From the NCBI GenBank assembly GCA_963719225.1, contig CAVRAY010000002.1:448001-512000 (forward strand): a DNA stretch of 64,000 nt, given 5' to 3'. The position numbers and the translations under genes were made by a program. The notes under the pieces were generated by a model. It did no database searches and was not told where the DNA came from. It saw only the letters and a list, made by a program, of their open reading frames with translations. This document shows, piece by piece, positions 39,009 through 47,765 of the stretch (its first letter is position 1; each line of letters starts with the position of its first letter). The stretch is from Thermoanaerobaculia bacterium. GTDB taxonomy: Bacteria; Acidobacteriota; Thermoanaerobaculia; UBA5066.

Positions 39009-42000
39009 ATGAAAACGCGATCGGAGATCGGAAGCGTCGAGAACCGCGTCCACGAACGGGGAGAGCTCGTTCAAGCGGCGGCTTTCCGGATCGCCGAGGC
39101 CGTCACCGAGACGGGGAGCCTCCAGGAGCTTTTCTCGAGGATCCACGCGATCGTGGGCGGCCTGATGGAGGCCGCCAACTTCTACATCGCTCTCCACGAC
39201 CCGGACCGCGACGTCCTGAGCTTCCCCTACTTCGTCGACCTGGTGGACAAACCGTTTCCGCCGAAGCGCGTCGGCAAGGGGCTGACGGAGTACGTGCTCC
39301 GGACGGGCCGGCCGCTGCTCGCGTCTCCCGACGTCTTCCTCGGGCTCGTCGCCTCCGGCGAAGTCGAGCAGATCGGAACCGACTCGGTCGACTGGCTCGG
39401 CGTCCCGCTGCGCGGACGCGACCGGCCCATCGGCGTCCTGGCGGTGCAGAGCTACACGGGCAAGGTCCGCTACACCGAGGAGGATCGCGACCTCCTCGTG
39501 TACGTCTCCTCCCAGATCGCGCAGGCCATCGAGCGGAAACGTTCCGAGGAGGCGCTCAAGGAGAGCGAGCTGAAGCTGCGGGCCATCGTCGCGGCTCTCC
39601 CCGATCTGGTCCTGGTTCTCGACCGGGAGGGGCGTTACCGCGAGATCCACGCCACGCGGGCGGAGAACCTGGTCCTGCCGCGCGAAGTCCTCCTCGGGCG
39701 CACGATCCCGGAGTTCCTGCCCGCTCCGGTGGCGGAGCTGTGGCTGGAGAAGATCGACACGTGCCTCCTCACCGGAACGATGCAGACGGTCGAGTATTCG
39801 CTCGACGTCCAGGCGGGCCTGCGGGTCTTCGAAGCCCGCGTGGTTCCCTATGGGCCGGATGCCGTGATGACCGTCGTGAGGGACGTGACGGAGGGAACGC
39901 GCGCGGCGGAAGCTCTCGGCTCGGCCCAGGCGGATCTGAAGCGATTGACCGACAACATGGTCGACGTGATCAGCCAGGTCGATCTCGAGGGAAACTTCCA
40001 GTTCGTCAGCCCGTCGCACGAGCTCGTCACGGGATGGACGTCGGGAGAGCTCCTCGGCGCGAACGCCCTCGACCTCGTCCACCCCGACGACCACCGGATG
40101 ATCCGCGAGAAGCTGGCGCGCGGGGCGGCGACCGGAAAATCGGGCTCGGCGGAATACAGGTACCGGGTCCGAGACGGCAGGTATATCTGGGTCGAGACGG
40201 TTTCGAACGTCCTGCGCGGTCCCGACGGCAAGCCGCAGGCCTTCGTCCTCGGGTCGCGCGACGTGACCGCCCGAAAAAGGGCCGAAGCCGTCCTCGGGGT
40301 CCTCCACGAGACGGGAAGGAAGATCCTCCGCCACGACCCGATCGAACAGATCCTGCAGTTCATCTGCGACGAGGTCGCGGGCCGGTTCGAGTTCGCCGTC
40401 GTTTGGATCGGCATCCGGGAGACGGACGGCACCATCACCCAGCGCGCCGTGGCGGGTCCGGCCGCAGACTTCGTGAGGCAGAACCGCTTCAGGTGGGACG
40501 GCACACCCGAAGGGAAGGGCCCGAGCGGCGAGGCGATCCGCACGGGCCGGCCCGTGGTGATCTCGACGGCCGCGGACGAGAGGGTCGCGCCCTGGCTGGG
40601 CGGGGTCGAGAAGTTCCGGCTCGGCTCCGCTCTTTCGATCCCGCTCGTCGTCGACGAGTCCGTGCTCGGCGTCGTTTCGAGCTATTCGGACCGGCCGAAC
40701 GCCTACGGCGAAGAGACGATCCGGCTTCTCGCGCGCTTCGCCGACCAGGCGGCCCTCGCCCTCTTCGAGGCGCGGCAGCACGAGCGGATCGACCTGCAGA
40801 CCGCTGCGCTCGAAGCCGCCGCGAATGCGGTCCTCATCACGGACCGCGAGGGCGTGATCGAGTGGGTCAATCCCGCGTTCACCGACCTGACGGGATGGCA
40901 GAGGGAAGAGGTCGTCGGGCAGACCCCGCGGATCCTGAAGTCGGACATCCAGCCTTCCTACTATTACGAAACGCTCTGGGAGACGATCACGGCGGGGAAC
41001 GTCTGGCGTGGCGAGCTTCACAACCGCCGCAAGGACGGCGTGGTCTACGTCGAAGAGCAGACCATCACGCCGGTCCGGTCGGCGGAGGGGGAGATCCGCC
41101 ATTTCATCTCGATCAAGCAGGACGTCACGGCCCGCAGGCAGAACGAGGAGAAGATCCGGCACCTCGCGCTGCACGATCCGCTCACGGACCTCTCCAACCG
41201 GCACGCCTTCGAAGAGACGCTCGCGCGGACGGTGTCCCGGGCCCAGCGGGGATCGCCCTCCACTCTGCTCCTTCTCGATCTCGACAACTTCAAGATCGTG
41301 AATGACGCGCTCGGGCACCCGGCCGGCGACCGGGTCCTCGTCGAGGTGGCCCGCCTCATCGTGGGACTCGTGCGCCCCGGCGACGACGTCGCCCGGTTCG
41401 GAGGCGACGAGTTCGCCGTCCTGCTCGAAGGAGTGGCGCTGGAAGGAGCGCGAATCACCGCGGAGCGCCTTCGCCGATGCGTCGACGAGCATCGGTTCTT
41501 CGTCGGCGACCGGGCCTTCGACCTCGGGATCAGCGTCGGCGTGGTCCCGGTGGACGGGTCTGCGGACGCGCCGTCTCTGATGGCCCTGGCCGACTCGGCC
41601 CTCTATGCGGCCAAGGAGAAGGGCCGGAATCGCGTGATGGTCGTCGAGAACGTGACGGGCGGTTCGTCTCCGCTTTCCGAGGCGAGCCGCTGGGCGTCGC
41701 GGATCAAGGAGGCGCTGCGGGAAGACCGCTTCGTCCTTCACTACCAGCCCATCTTCCATTTCAAGTCGGGCCGGGCGGCCCATTTCGAGGCTCTCCTCCG
41801 GCTGAGGGAAGGGAACGACCTCATCGCGCCCGCCGTCTTCCTCCCCGCCGCGGAGAGATTCGGCCTGATGCCCCAGGTCGACGGCTGGGTCGTGGACCAC
41901 GTCGTCGAGCTTCTCGTGAAGAATCCCGAGGCGGAGATCTTCGTCAATCTCTCGGGCACGAGCCTCGGAGACGAGTCTCTTCTCTCGCACATCGAGGAGC

Positions 42001-42416
42001 GCGTGACGTCGGCCGGACTTCCGGCAGGACGCCTGGCCTTCGAGATCACCGAGACGGCGGCGGTGAGGGACATCGTCGTCGCCCGCGAGTGGATGCGCCG
42101 GCTGAAGGACCGGGGGTGCCGGTTCGCGCTCGACGATTTCGGGATCGGGTTCTCGTCTTTCTCTTACCTGCAGAGCCTGCCGGCCGACTACGTGAAGATC
42201 GACGGCTCCTTCATCCGGGGCGTGGAGACCGACCTCGCGGCCCGTGCCCTCGTGAGGGCGATCGACACGGTGGCGCACACCCTGGGAAAAGAGACGATCG
42301 CCGAGTGCGTGGAGAGCGTGGATTCCGTGAAGATTCTCCAGGAGCTCGGCGTGGAATACGGTCAGGGGTTCGCGTTGGGAAAGCCGTCTCCGGCCCACGT
42401 TCACTTCGGCACGTGA
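39009..42416 (+). CDS. GAF-PAS-PAS-GAF-PAS-GGDEF-EAL c-di-GMP signalling protein
   Basis: HPDD PAS, HDPLTDLSNR, RFGGDEF, EALLR, FEITET and DDFGIG; ATG at 39009. Confidence 0.93.
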   Translation: MKTRSEIGSVENRVHERGELVQAAAFRIAEAVTETGSLQELFSRIHAIVGGLMEAANFYIALHDPDRDVLSFPYFVDLVDKPFPPKRVGKGLTEYVLRTGRPLLASPDVFLGLVASGEVEQIGTDSVDWLGVPLRGRDRPIGVLAVQSYTGKVRYTEEDRDLLVYVSSQIAQAIERKRSEEALKESELKLRAIVAALPDLVLVLDREGRYREIHATRAENLVLPREVLLGRTIPEFLPAPVAELWLEKIDTCLLTGTMQTVEYSLDVQAGLRVFEARVVPYGPDAVMTVVRDVTEGTRAAEALGSAQADLKRLTDNMVDVISQVDLEGNFQFVSPSHELVTGWTSGELLGANALDLVHPDDHRMIREKLARGAATGKSGSAEYRYRVRDGRYIWVETVSNVLRGPDGKPQAFVLGSRDVTARKRAEAVLGVLHETGRKILRHDPIEQILQFICDEVAGRFEFAVVWIGIRETDGTITQRAVAGPAADFVRQNRFRWDGTPEGKGPSGEAIRTGRPVVISTAADERVAPWLGGVEKFRLGSALSIPLVVDESVLGVVSSYSDRPNAYGEETIRLLARFADQAALALFEARQHERIDLQTAALEAAANAVLITDREGVIEWVNPAFTDLTGWQREEVVGQTPRILKSDIQPSYYYETLWETITAGNVWRGELHNRRKDGVVYVEEQTITPVRSAEGEIRHFISIKQDVTARRQNEEKIRHLALHDPLTDLSNRHAFEETLARTVSRAQRGSPSTLLLLDLDNFKIVNDALGHPAGDRVLVEVARLIVGLVRPGDDVARFGGDEFAVLLEGVALEGARITAERLRRCVDEHRFFVGDRAFDLGISVGVVPVDGSADAPSLMALADSALYAAKEKGRNRVMVVENVTGGSSPLSEASRWASRIKEALREDRFVLHYQPIFHFKSGRAAHFEALLRLREGNDLIAPAVFLPAAERFGLMPQVDGWVVDHVVELLVKNPEAEIFVNLSGTSLGDESLLSHIEERVTSAGLPAGRLAFEITETAAVRDIVVAREWMRRLKDRGCRFALDDFGIGFSSFSYLQSLPADYVKIDGSFIRGVETDLAARALVRAIDTVAHTLGKETIAECVESVDSVKILQELGVEYGQGFALGKPSPAHVHFGT

Positions 42417-42515
42417 AAAAGCACCGCATCGCCACCGCGAGGCCAGGCAAGGCGGTGGCCGCGGCGGCTTGGTCCGGCTCGCGCTAGGATTGGACGAAGC
42501 GGAGGAGGATCAATC

Positions 42516-43433
42516 GTGAATAAAGCTCTTCGGCTCGCCCGCATTCCCGCGTTCGTGTTCGCTGCGCTCTCACTCGCGAGCTGCGCGTGGAAGAAAGATC
42601 TCGACCAGGTCAAGGCCGAGAACAAGACTCTCAACGAAGAGAAGCAGCGCGCCCAGAGGGAGCTCGGCGCCGCCGGCGCCGCGACGGCCGAGATGCAGTC
42701 CACCCTCGACGAGGTGCAGAGAAGCCTCGAGGACCTGCGCGTCAAGGAGCTCAAGGCCGTCAAGACCTCGATCGCCGTCGCCCAGGAAGGCAAGTCCGCC
42801 ACCGCTCAGAGGCGCGCGGAACTGAAGACGGAGATCGAGGAGATCCGCAACGTCGTCAAGGCCAACCTCGCGAAGCTCGAGGCCCTGCAGAAGCAGAAGA
42901 AAGCGTCGGACGTGAAGGCCACGACGCTCGAGCGCCTCGTCGGCGAGCTGCGCCGCTCCCTCGAGGAGAAGGAGGCCACGATCGCCGCCCTCGAGCTGAA
43001 GACGCAGGAGCTGACGAAGACGGCGGAAGACCTTCGGGGAGTCGTGCAGGAGAAAGAAGCGGTCGTCAAGGAGAAGGAAGCCGTCATCGCGGACCGCGAA
43101 ACGCAGATGTCGACGGCCTATGTCCTCATCGCGACACAGAAGGAGCTGAAGAAAGCCGGCCTCGTCGAGAAGAAGGGCTCCGTGCTGGGTCTCGGCGGCA
43201 ACTGGCAGCGGACGGGCCAGTTCGACGAAACGCTGTTCAAGCAGATCGACACGCGCAAGGACTCGGAGTTCCAGGTGGGCGCGGCTCCCGCCAAGGCGCG
43301 GGTCCTCTCGGACCACCCGAAGGACAGCTACACGCTCGTGGCGACGGGCCCGAAGGCGAGCACGCTGACCGTGACCGACGCGGCGCGTTTCTGGAGGGGC
43401 AGCAAGTACCTGGTCGTCATGCTGCCGGATTGA
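42516..43433 (+). CDS. Coiled-coil lipoprotein, Cbp1-like C-terminal domain
   Basis: LASC lipobox, long heptad region, AYVLIATQKELKKAG...HPKDSY...FWRGSKYLVV tail. Confidence 0.7.
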   Translation: MNKALRLARIPAFVFAALSLASCAWKKDLDQVKAENKTLNEEKQRAQRELGAAGAATAEMQSTLDEVQRSLEDLRVKELKAVKTSIAVAQEGKSATAQRRAELKTEIEEIRNVVKANLAKLEALQKQKKASDVKATTLERLVGELRRSLEEKEATIAALELKTQELTKTAEDLRGVVQEKEAVVKEKEAVIADRETQMSTAYVLIATQKELKKAGLVEKKGSVLGLGGNWQRTGQFDETLFKQIDTRKDSEFQVGAAPAKARVLSDHPKDSYTLVATGPKASTLTVTDAARFWRGSKYLVVMLPD

Positions 43434-43549
43434 GGCCGCTGCACGGTTTCGTGTGCCGGCTCACCCCATGTGGTCTCCGGGGAGCGTCCGGACGGGTTCC
43501 GCCTCGGGCCATCGGCTTGCAGGCCAACGCGATCGGCTGTCTCGCGGCT

Positions 43550-43565
43550 TGGCACCTCGATTGAA
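43550..43565 (+). promoter_or_regulatory. Possible sigma-54 promoter (TGGCAC-N5-TTGAA)
   Basis: Perfect -24 box and a variant -12 box (GA for GC), ~40 bp upstream of the small cytochrome gene. Confidence 0.45.
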
Positions 43566-43603
43566 CGAAAAGCGCCGGAGCCCGGGTACGGGCAGGAGGA
43601 AAA

Positions 43604-43864
43604 ATGAAGAAAACCACCACCGCCGTCGTCGCCACTCTCGCCGCGATCGCCCTGGGCAGCGGAGCCCTCGCCACCATGGACATCCAGAAGGAATACAAGG
43701 CGAAGGACCCGAAGGCCAACTGCAACACCTGCCACGTCGCGAAGCTCCCGAAGAAAGAAGCCGCCGACCTGAACGACTTCGGGAAGACCGTGAAGGCCGC
43801 CAAGGGCAAGGACGGGAAGGTCGACTGGTCGAAGGTCAAGGCGCCCGCAGCGCCGAAGAGCTGA
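43604..43864 (+). CDS. Small secreted monoheme c-type cytochrome
   Basis: AGGAGG RBS, signal peptide, CNTCH and LNDFGK; Lys-rich. Confidence 0.85.
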   Translation: MKKTTTAVVATLAAIALGSGALATMDIQKEYKAKDPKANCNTCHVAKLPKKEAADLNDFGKTVKAAKGKDGKVDWSKVKAPAAPKS

Positions 43865-43907
43865 ACGAGCCGAGCGCTCGTTCCCAACGGCCGCACGGCG
43901 GCTGTCG

Positions 43908-43938
43908 CCCCCGGACCCGCAAGGTCCGGGGGTTTTTT
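43908..43938 (+). terminator. Rho-independent terminator
   Basis: CCCCCGGACC-CGCAA-GGTCCGGGGG stem followed by TTTTTT, between convergent genes. Confidence 0.9.
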
Positions 43939-43949
43939 CGTTCAGGGCG

Positions 43950-45326
43950 TCAGCCGGCCAGCGGCGCGAAGCGCGCCGTGAAGTGGCGGAGGACGCGCGG
44001 AGCCTCCGTGATGCGGTACCCCGTGAGCTTGGACGCGTTCTTCGCGACCTCGAGGACGGCCTCGGCCACGTAATCCACGTGCGACTGCGTGTAAACGCGG
44101 CGCGGGAACGCGAGGCGCACGAGGTCCATGGGCCCCGGCTGCTCGGTGCCGTCGGGCCTCAGCCCGAACATGACCGTTCCGATCTCCACGCCGCGCACGC
44201 CCGCGACCTCGTAGAGCGCGTTCACGAGCGCGATGCCCGGGTACTGGAGCGGCGGGATGTGCGGAAGCAGCCCGCGCGCGTCGAGGTACACGGCGTGTCC
44301 GCCCGGCGGCCGGATCATCGGGACCTGCGCCGACTCGAGCTTCTCGGCGAGGTATTCGATCGAGCGGATGCGGTAATGCAGGTACGGCTCCTCGACGACC
44401 TCCTCGAGGCCGCGTGCGATCGCCTCGAGGTCGTAGCCGGCCAGGCCGCCGTACGTCGGAAACCCTTCCGTGAGGATGAGGAGGTTCCGCGCGTTCTCGG
44501 CCCACGCGTCGTCGTTCATGGCGAGGAAGCCGCCGATGTTCGCGAGCCCGTCCTTTTTCGCCGACATCGTGCAGCCGTCGGCGAGGGAGAACATCTCCTG
44601 CGCGATCTCCTTCGGCGTGCGGCTTTCCTGTCCCTTCTCGCGACGCTTGACGAGGTACGCGTTCTCGGCGAAGCGGCAGGCGTCGAGGAAGAAGGGCTTG
44701 TGAAAGCGGTCGCAGAGGGCGCGGACGCCGCGGAGGTTCTCGAGCGAAACGGGCTGTCCGCCTCCGGAGTTGTTCGTGATCGTGACCATGACGAGCGGAA
44801 TCCGATCCCCGTCCTTCTCGAGCGCCTCCTCGAGGAGCACGAGATCCATGTTTCCCTTGAAGGGGTGGAGAAGGCTCGGGACGCGCCCCTGAGGGATGAC
44901 GAGGTCGCGGGCCTCGGCCCCTTCGACCTCCACGTTCGCGCGCGTCGTGTCGAAGTGGTTGTTGTTCGGGACGACGTCGCCCTCGTGGAGGATCGTGTGG
45001 AAGAGGATGCGCTCGGCGGCGCGCCCCTGGTGCGTCGGGATGATGTGCTTGAAGCGCGTGAGCTCCTGCACGGCGTCGCGAAACCGGAAATAGGACCGGC
45101 TGCCGGCGTACGACTCGTCCCCCTGCATGAGCGCGCCCCACTGCGCGGACGACATCGCGCCCGTGCCGGAGTCCGTCAGGAGGTCGATGAGGACGTCCGC
45201 CGCGTGGAGGAGAAAGACGTTGTAGCCCGCCTCGGCGATGGCCTTGCGCCGCTCGTGGGGAGTCGTCGCCTTGATCGTCTCGACGGACTTGATCCGGAAG
45301 GGCTCGATGATCGTGCGGAATTCCAC
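43950..45326 (-). CDS. tnaA: Tryptophanase
   Basis: EPFRIKSVE, IDLLTDSGT, THQGRAAE, MSAKKDG (PLP Lys); RGVEIG and LRHFTA favour tryptophanase over tyrosine phenol-lyase; GTG at 45326. Confidence 0.9.
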   Translation of the reverse strand: MEFRTIIEPFRIKSVETIKATTPHERRKAIAEAGYNVFLLHAADVLIDLLTDSGTGAMSSAQWGALMQGDESYAGSRSYFRFRDAVQELTRFKHIIPTHQGRAAERILFHTILHEGDVVPNNNHFDTTRANVEVEGAEARDLVIPQGRVPSLLHPFKGNMDLVLLEEALEKDGDRIPLVMVTITNNSGGGQPVSLENLRGVRALCDRFHKPFFLDACRFAENAYLVKRREKGQESRTPKEIAQEMFSLADGCTMSAKKDGLANIGGFLAMNDDAWAENARNLLILTEGFPTYGGLAGYDLEAIARGLEEVVEEPYLHYRIRSIEYLAEKLESAQVPMIRPPGGHAVYLDARGLLPHIPPLQYPGIALVNALYEVAGVRGVEIGTVMFGLRPDGTEQPGPMDLVRLAFPRRVYTQSHVDYVAEAVLEVAKNASKLTGYRITEAPRVLRHFTARFAPLAG

Positions 45327-45361
45327 GGGGGGCGAGGATAGCAGCGGGCGAGCGCCCGAAT

Positions 45362-47764
45362 TCACTCCACCCGGATCGAGACCGGTGGCGAGGCGAGCTT
45401 CACGAACGGGAGGCGCGCGACGAACGTGTGCGCTCCGGGCGTGACCTTCCAGCGCGCGGTGTAGGGCCATGGCACGGTCGCGAAAGGGGAGCCGTCCACC
45501 CACCAGACGATCTCCCGCACCGCGGGCGAGACGACCGCCTTCAGCGCCACGGTGGCTTCGGCGGCGGGAGTCTCCGGGTCGAGCAGCACGTGCAGCCCGT
45601 TCTCCGGCGCGGTGATTCTCACTCTCGAGGTGATGCCGGCGAGCAGCGTCGTCGGGGGCTCATGGGGGGCGAGCAGCTCAACCGATGCAGAGCCACCGGG
45701 AGGATGGGGGAGGCCCGCGGACGCGGACCAGGCCGCGTACCGCGGACCGAGATCGACGAAGGTCCGCAACCTCAGGAAGCGGCGTGGCGTGGCTCGCGTG
45801 GCGAGGAGACCCGAGCGTGCATCGATCGCGAGACGCACGTGCGACGTGCACGGGTCGAGCGGCTCGTGTCCGGGGTGCAACCACTCCGTGACGATCTTCT
45901 CGCACGCCTCGGTCGCGAGGCGGCCCGTCATCGCGCAGAGGCGGACGCTCACGAACCCACGCGGGGCGGGGAAGGAAAGGTCCCCGAGGCCGTCGGTCTC
46001 GTCGGCATGGAGCGCGACCATTACCCGTTGCGCGAGCTCGGCCGCCGCGCGGTAGCCGCTCAGCTTGTTCATCGGCTTGAAGTCGGGGTGCCCGATCCAG
46101 ACGCCGACGAGATAGCGCGACGAGTAGGCGACGGTCCAGGCGTCGCGGTAGCGCGACGAGGTGCCGGTCTTCACCGCGACCGGGAACGGATACTCCGTGA
46201 CGCCCATCCGCGGGAAGCTCGGCAGGCGCGCCATCGGGTCGGCGAGGTAAAGCGTCACGGCCCGCGCGGTTTCCTCCGAAACAAGCCTCCTGGGACGAGG
46301 GCGCGGCTGCCCTTCCCAGGCGAGCGGCTCGACGAGGACGCCGTCGTTCGTGAAGACGGAGTACGCGCGGACGAGCTCCTCGAGCGTGACGGGCATCCCG
46401 CCGATGGCGAGCCCGAGCCCGTAGCGTTGGACCGGCACGCTGCCGTCGTGCAGCTCGAGGGAGCGGAGGAAGTCGTATCCCTCGGCGAGCCCGATCCGGT
46501 CGAGGAGGTCGGCGGCCGGCACGTTGCGCGAGTTCGCGAGCGCCACGCGGGGAAGGAGCGGACCGAGGAAGAGGTCGTCGGCGTTCGTGATGCCGCCGGC
46601 GCCCCGGTCGAGGTCGGGCAGGATCGTGGCCGGGGTGATCGTGCCGCGCTCCAGCGCGAGCGCGTAGAGGAACGGCTTGAGCGCGCTCCCCGGCGAGCGC
46701 GGCACGCGTGCGAAGTCGATCGCTCCCGCGTGCTCGGCGTCTGCCCACCTCGTCGACCCGACGCGCGCGACGACCTCGTTCCGTCTCCGGTCCACGACGA
46801 TCACGGCGGCGTTCCCCGCACCCTGCTTCTCCCAGGCCGCGACGGCCCAGCGCGCGGCCTGGACGACTCGCCGCTGAAGGGGCAGGTCGAGCGTCAGGCG
46901 GACCACGGTCCGTCCCGAAAGCGCGCGGCGCGTCTCGGGCGTTCGTGCCAGCGAGGCGAACCTCAGGACGGCGTGAATCGCTTCGGGCGGCCGCTCGCTG
47001 CGTGGTGGGACGTGAAGTCTCTCGATCTCGCGTGCGGCGAGAGAAAGCTCGTCGGCGGAAAGCGCGCCCCGCGCGTGAAGGAGCGCGAGGATCCGTTTTC
47101 CGCGCCGGATCGCGCGAAGCCTCCCTTCGGGATCGAACGGGTTCATTTTTCGCGGCGATTGCGGGATGGCGGTGAGGAACGCCGTCTCCGCCCAGGAGAG
47201 GTCCTCCACCGGCTTGTCGAGGTAGCGTCTCGCGGCGTACGCGATGCCGTGGATCCGGTTTCCGTACGGGACGATCTCGAGGTAGTGGCGCAGGACGCCG
47301 GCGCGTCCGTACCACGCCGTCAGGAGGAGCGCGGTCACCGCCTCCTGCGCTTTTCGCAGCAGGTGTCGCCGCCCCGGGTGCTGCAGGCGAGCCACCTGCA
47401 TCGCGAGCGTCGAGCCGCCCGAGACGCGCTTGAGGTGCCGGATGTTCTGGACGACGGCACGGGCGACGGCGAACGGGTCGACGCCCGCGTGCGACGCGAA
47501 CCGGCGATCCTCCACGGCGATCGTCGCGGCGACGACCCGCTCCGGAACTTCCGGCAGCGTCCAATAGCCGAACTCCGGCCTCTTGTCCGCGAACGCGACC
47601 TCGCCGAGGAAGCGATCGTTCCGGTCGCGCAGGAGGAGCGTCGGCTCGGGAGAGACGAAACGCGCGCGCCACACGGCCGGCCCGAGAACCGCGAGGCAGA
47701 GCGCCGCCGCCGCGAGGAGGGCGAGGCGGCGAGGCGGGGACCACCCGGAAAGGCGCATCGTCAT
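45362..47764 (-). CDS. pbpC: Penicillin-binding protein 1C
   Basis: EDRRF and SGGSTLAMQVARL transglycosylase motifs; SALK, SRN and KTGT transpeptidase motifs; C-terminal Ig-like domain; downstream of A2M. Confidence 0.93.
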   Translation of the reverse strand: MTMRLSGWSPPRRLALLAAAALCLAVLGPAVWRARFVSPEPTLLLRDRNDRFLGEVAFADKRPEFGYWTLPEVPERVVAATIAVEDRRFASHAGVDPFAVARAVVQNIRHLKRVSGGSTLAMQVARLQHPGRRHLLRKAQEAVTALLLTAWYGRAGVLRHYLEIVPYGNRIHGIAYAARRYLDKPVEDLSWAETAFLTAIPQSPRKMNPFDPEGRLRAIRRGKRILALLHARGALSADELSLAAREIERLHVPPRSERPPEAIHAVLRFASLARTPETRRALSGRTVVRLTLDLPLQRRVVQAARWAVAAWEKQGAGNAAVIVVDRRRNEVVARVGSTRWADAEHAGAIDFARVPRSPGSALKPFLYALALERGTITPATILPDLDRGAGGITNADDLFLGPLLPRVALANSRNVPAADLLDRIGLAEGYDFLRSLELHDGSVPVQRYGLGLAIGGMPVTLEELVRAYSVFTNDGVLVEPLAWEGQPRPRPRRLVSEETARAVTLYLADPMARLPSFPRMGVTEYPFPVAVKTGTSSRYRDAWTVAYSSRYLVGVWIGHPDFKPMNKLSGYRAAAELAQRVMVALHADETDGLGDLSFPAPRGFVSVRLCAMTGRLATEACEKIVTEWLHPGHEPLDPCTSHVRLAIDARSGLLATRATPRRFLRLRTFVDLGPRYAAWSASAGLPHPPGGSASVELLAPHEPPTTLLAGITSRVRITAPENGLHVLLDPETPAAEATVALKAVVSPAVREIVWWVDGSPFATVPWPYTARWKVTPGAHTFVARLPFVKLASPPVSIRVE

Positions 47765-47765
47765 G

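Noticed and set aside
38403-42404. 1333-aa minus-strand ORF and many other long antisense or alternate-frame ORFs (e.g. 7870..10446, 16654..19926, 30300..33206)
   Set aside because: Shadow ORFs caused by high GC and codon bias opposite clear genes. They are Arg/Pro/Ala-rich with no motifs; only the last 173 aa of this one (cytochrome c) are real.
39009-42416. Multi-sensor GGDEF-EAL protein as a novelty
   Set aside because: Common architecture with intact canonical motifs.
43434-43549. Possible riboswitch/ncRNA in the intergenic region upstream of the small cytochrome
   Set aside because: GC-rich hairpins are possible, but I recognised no conserved riboswitch motif; an Rfam/Infernal search would be needed.
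43950-45326. Tyrosine phenol-lyase call, and a tnaC-type leader peptide
   Set aside because: SAKKD, VEIG and LRHF residues fit tryptophanase; only 35 bp separate it from pbpC and it appears leaderless, leaving no room for tnaC.
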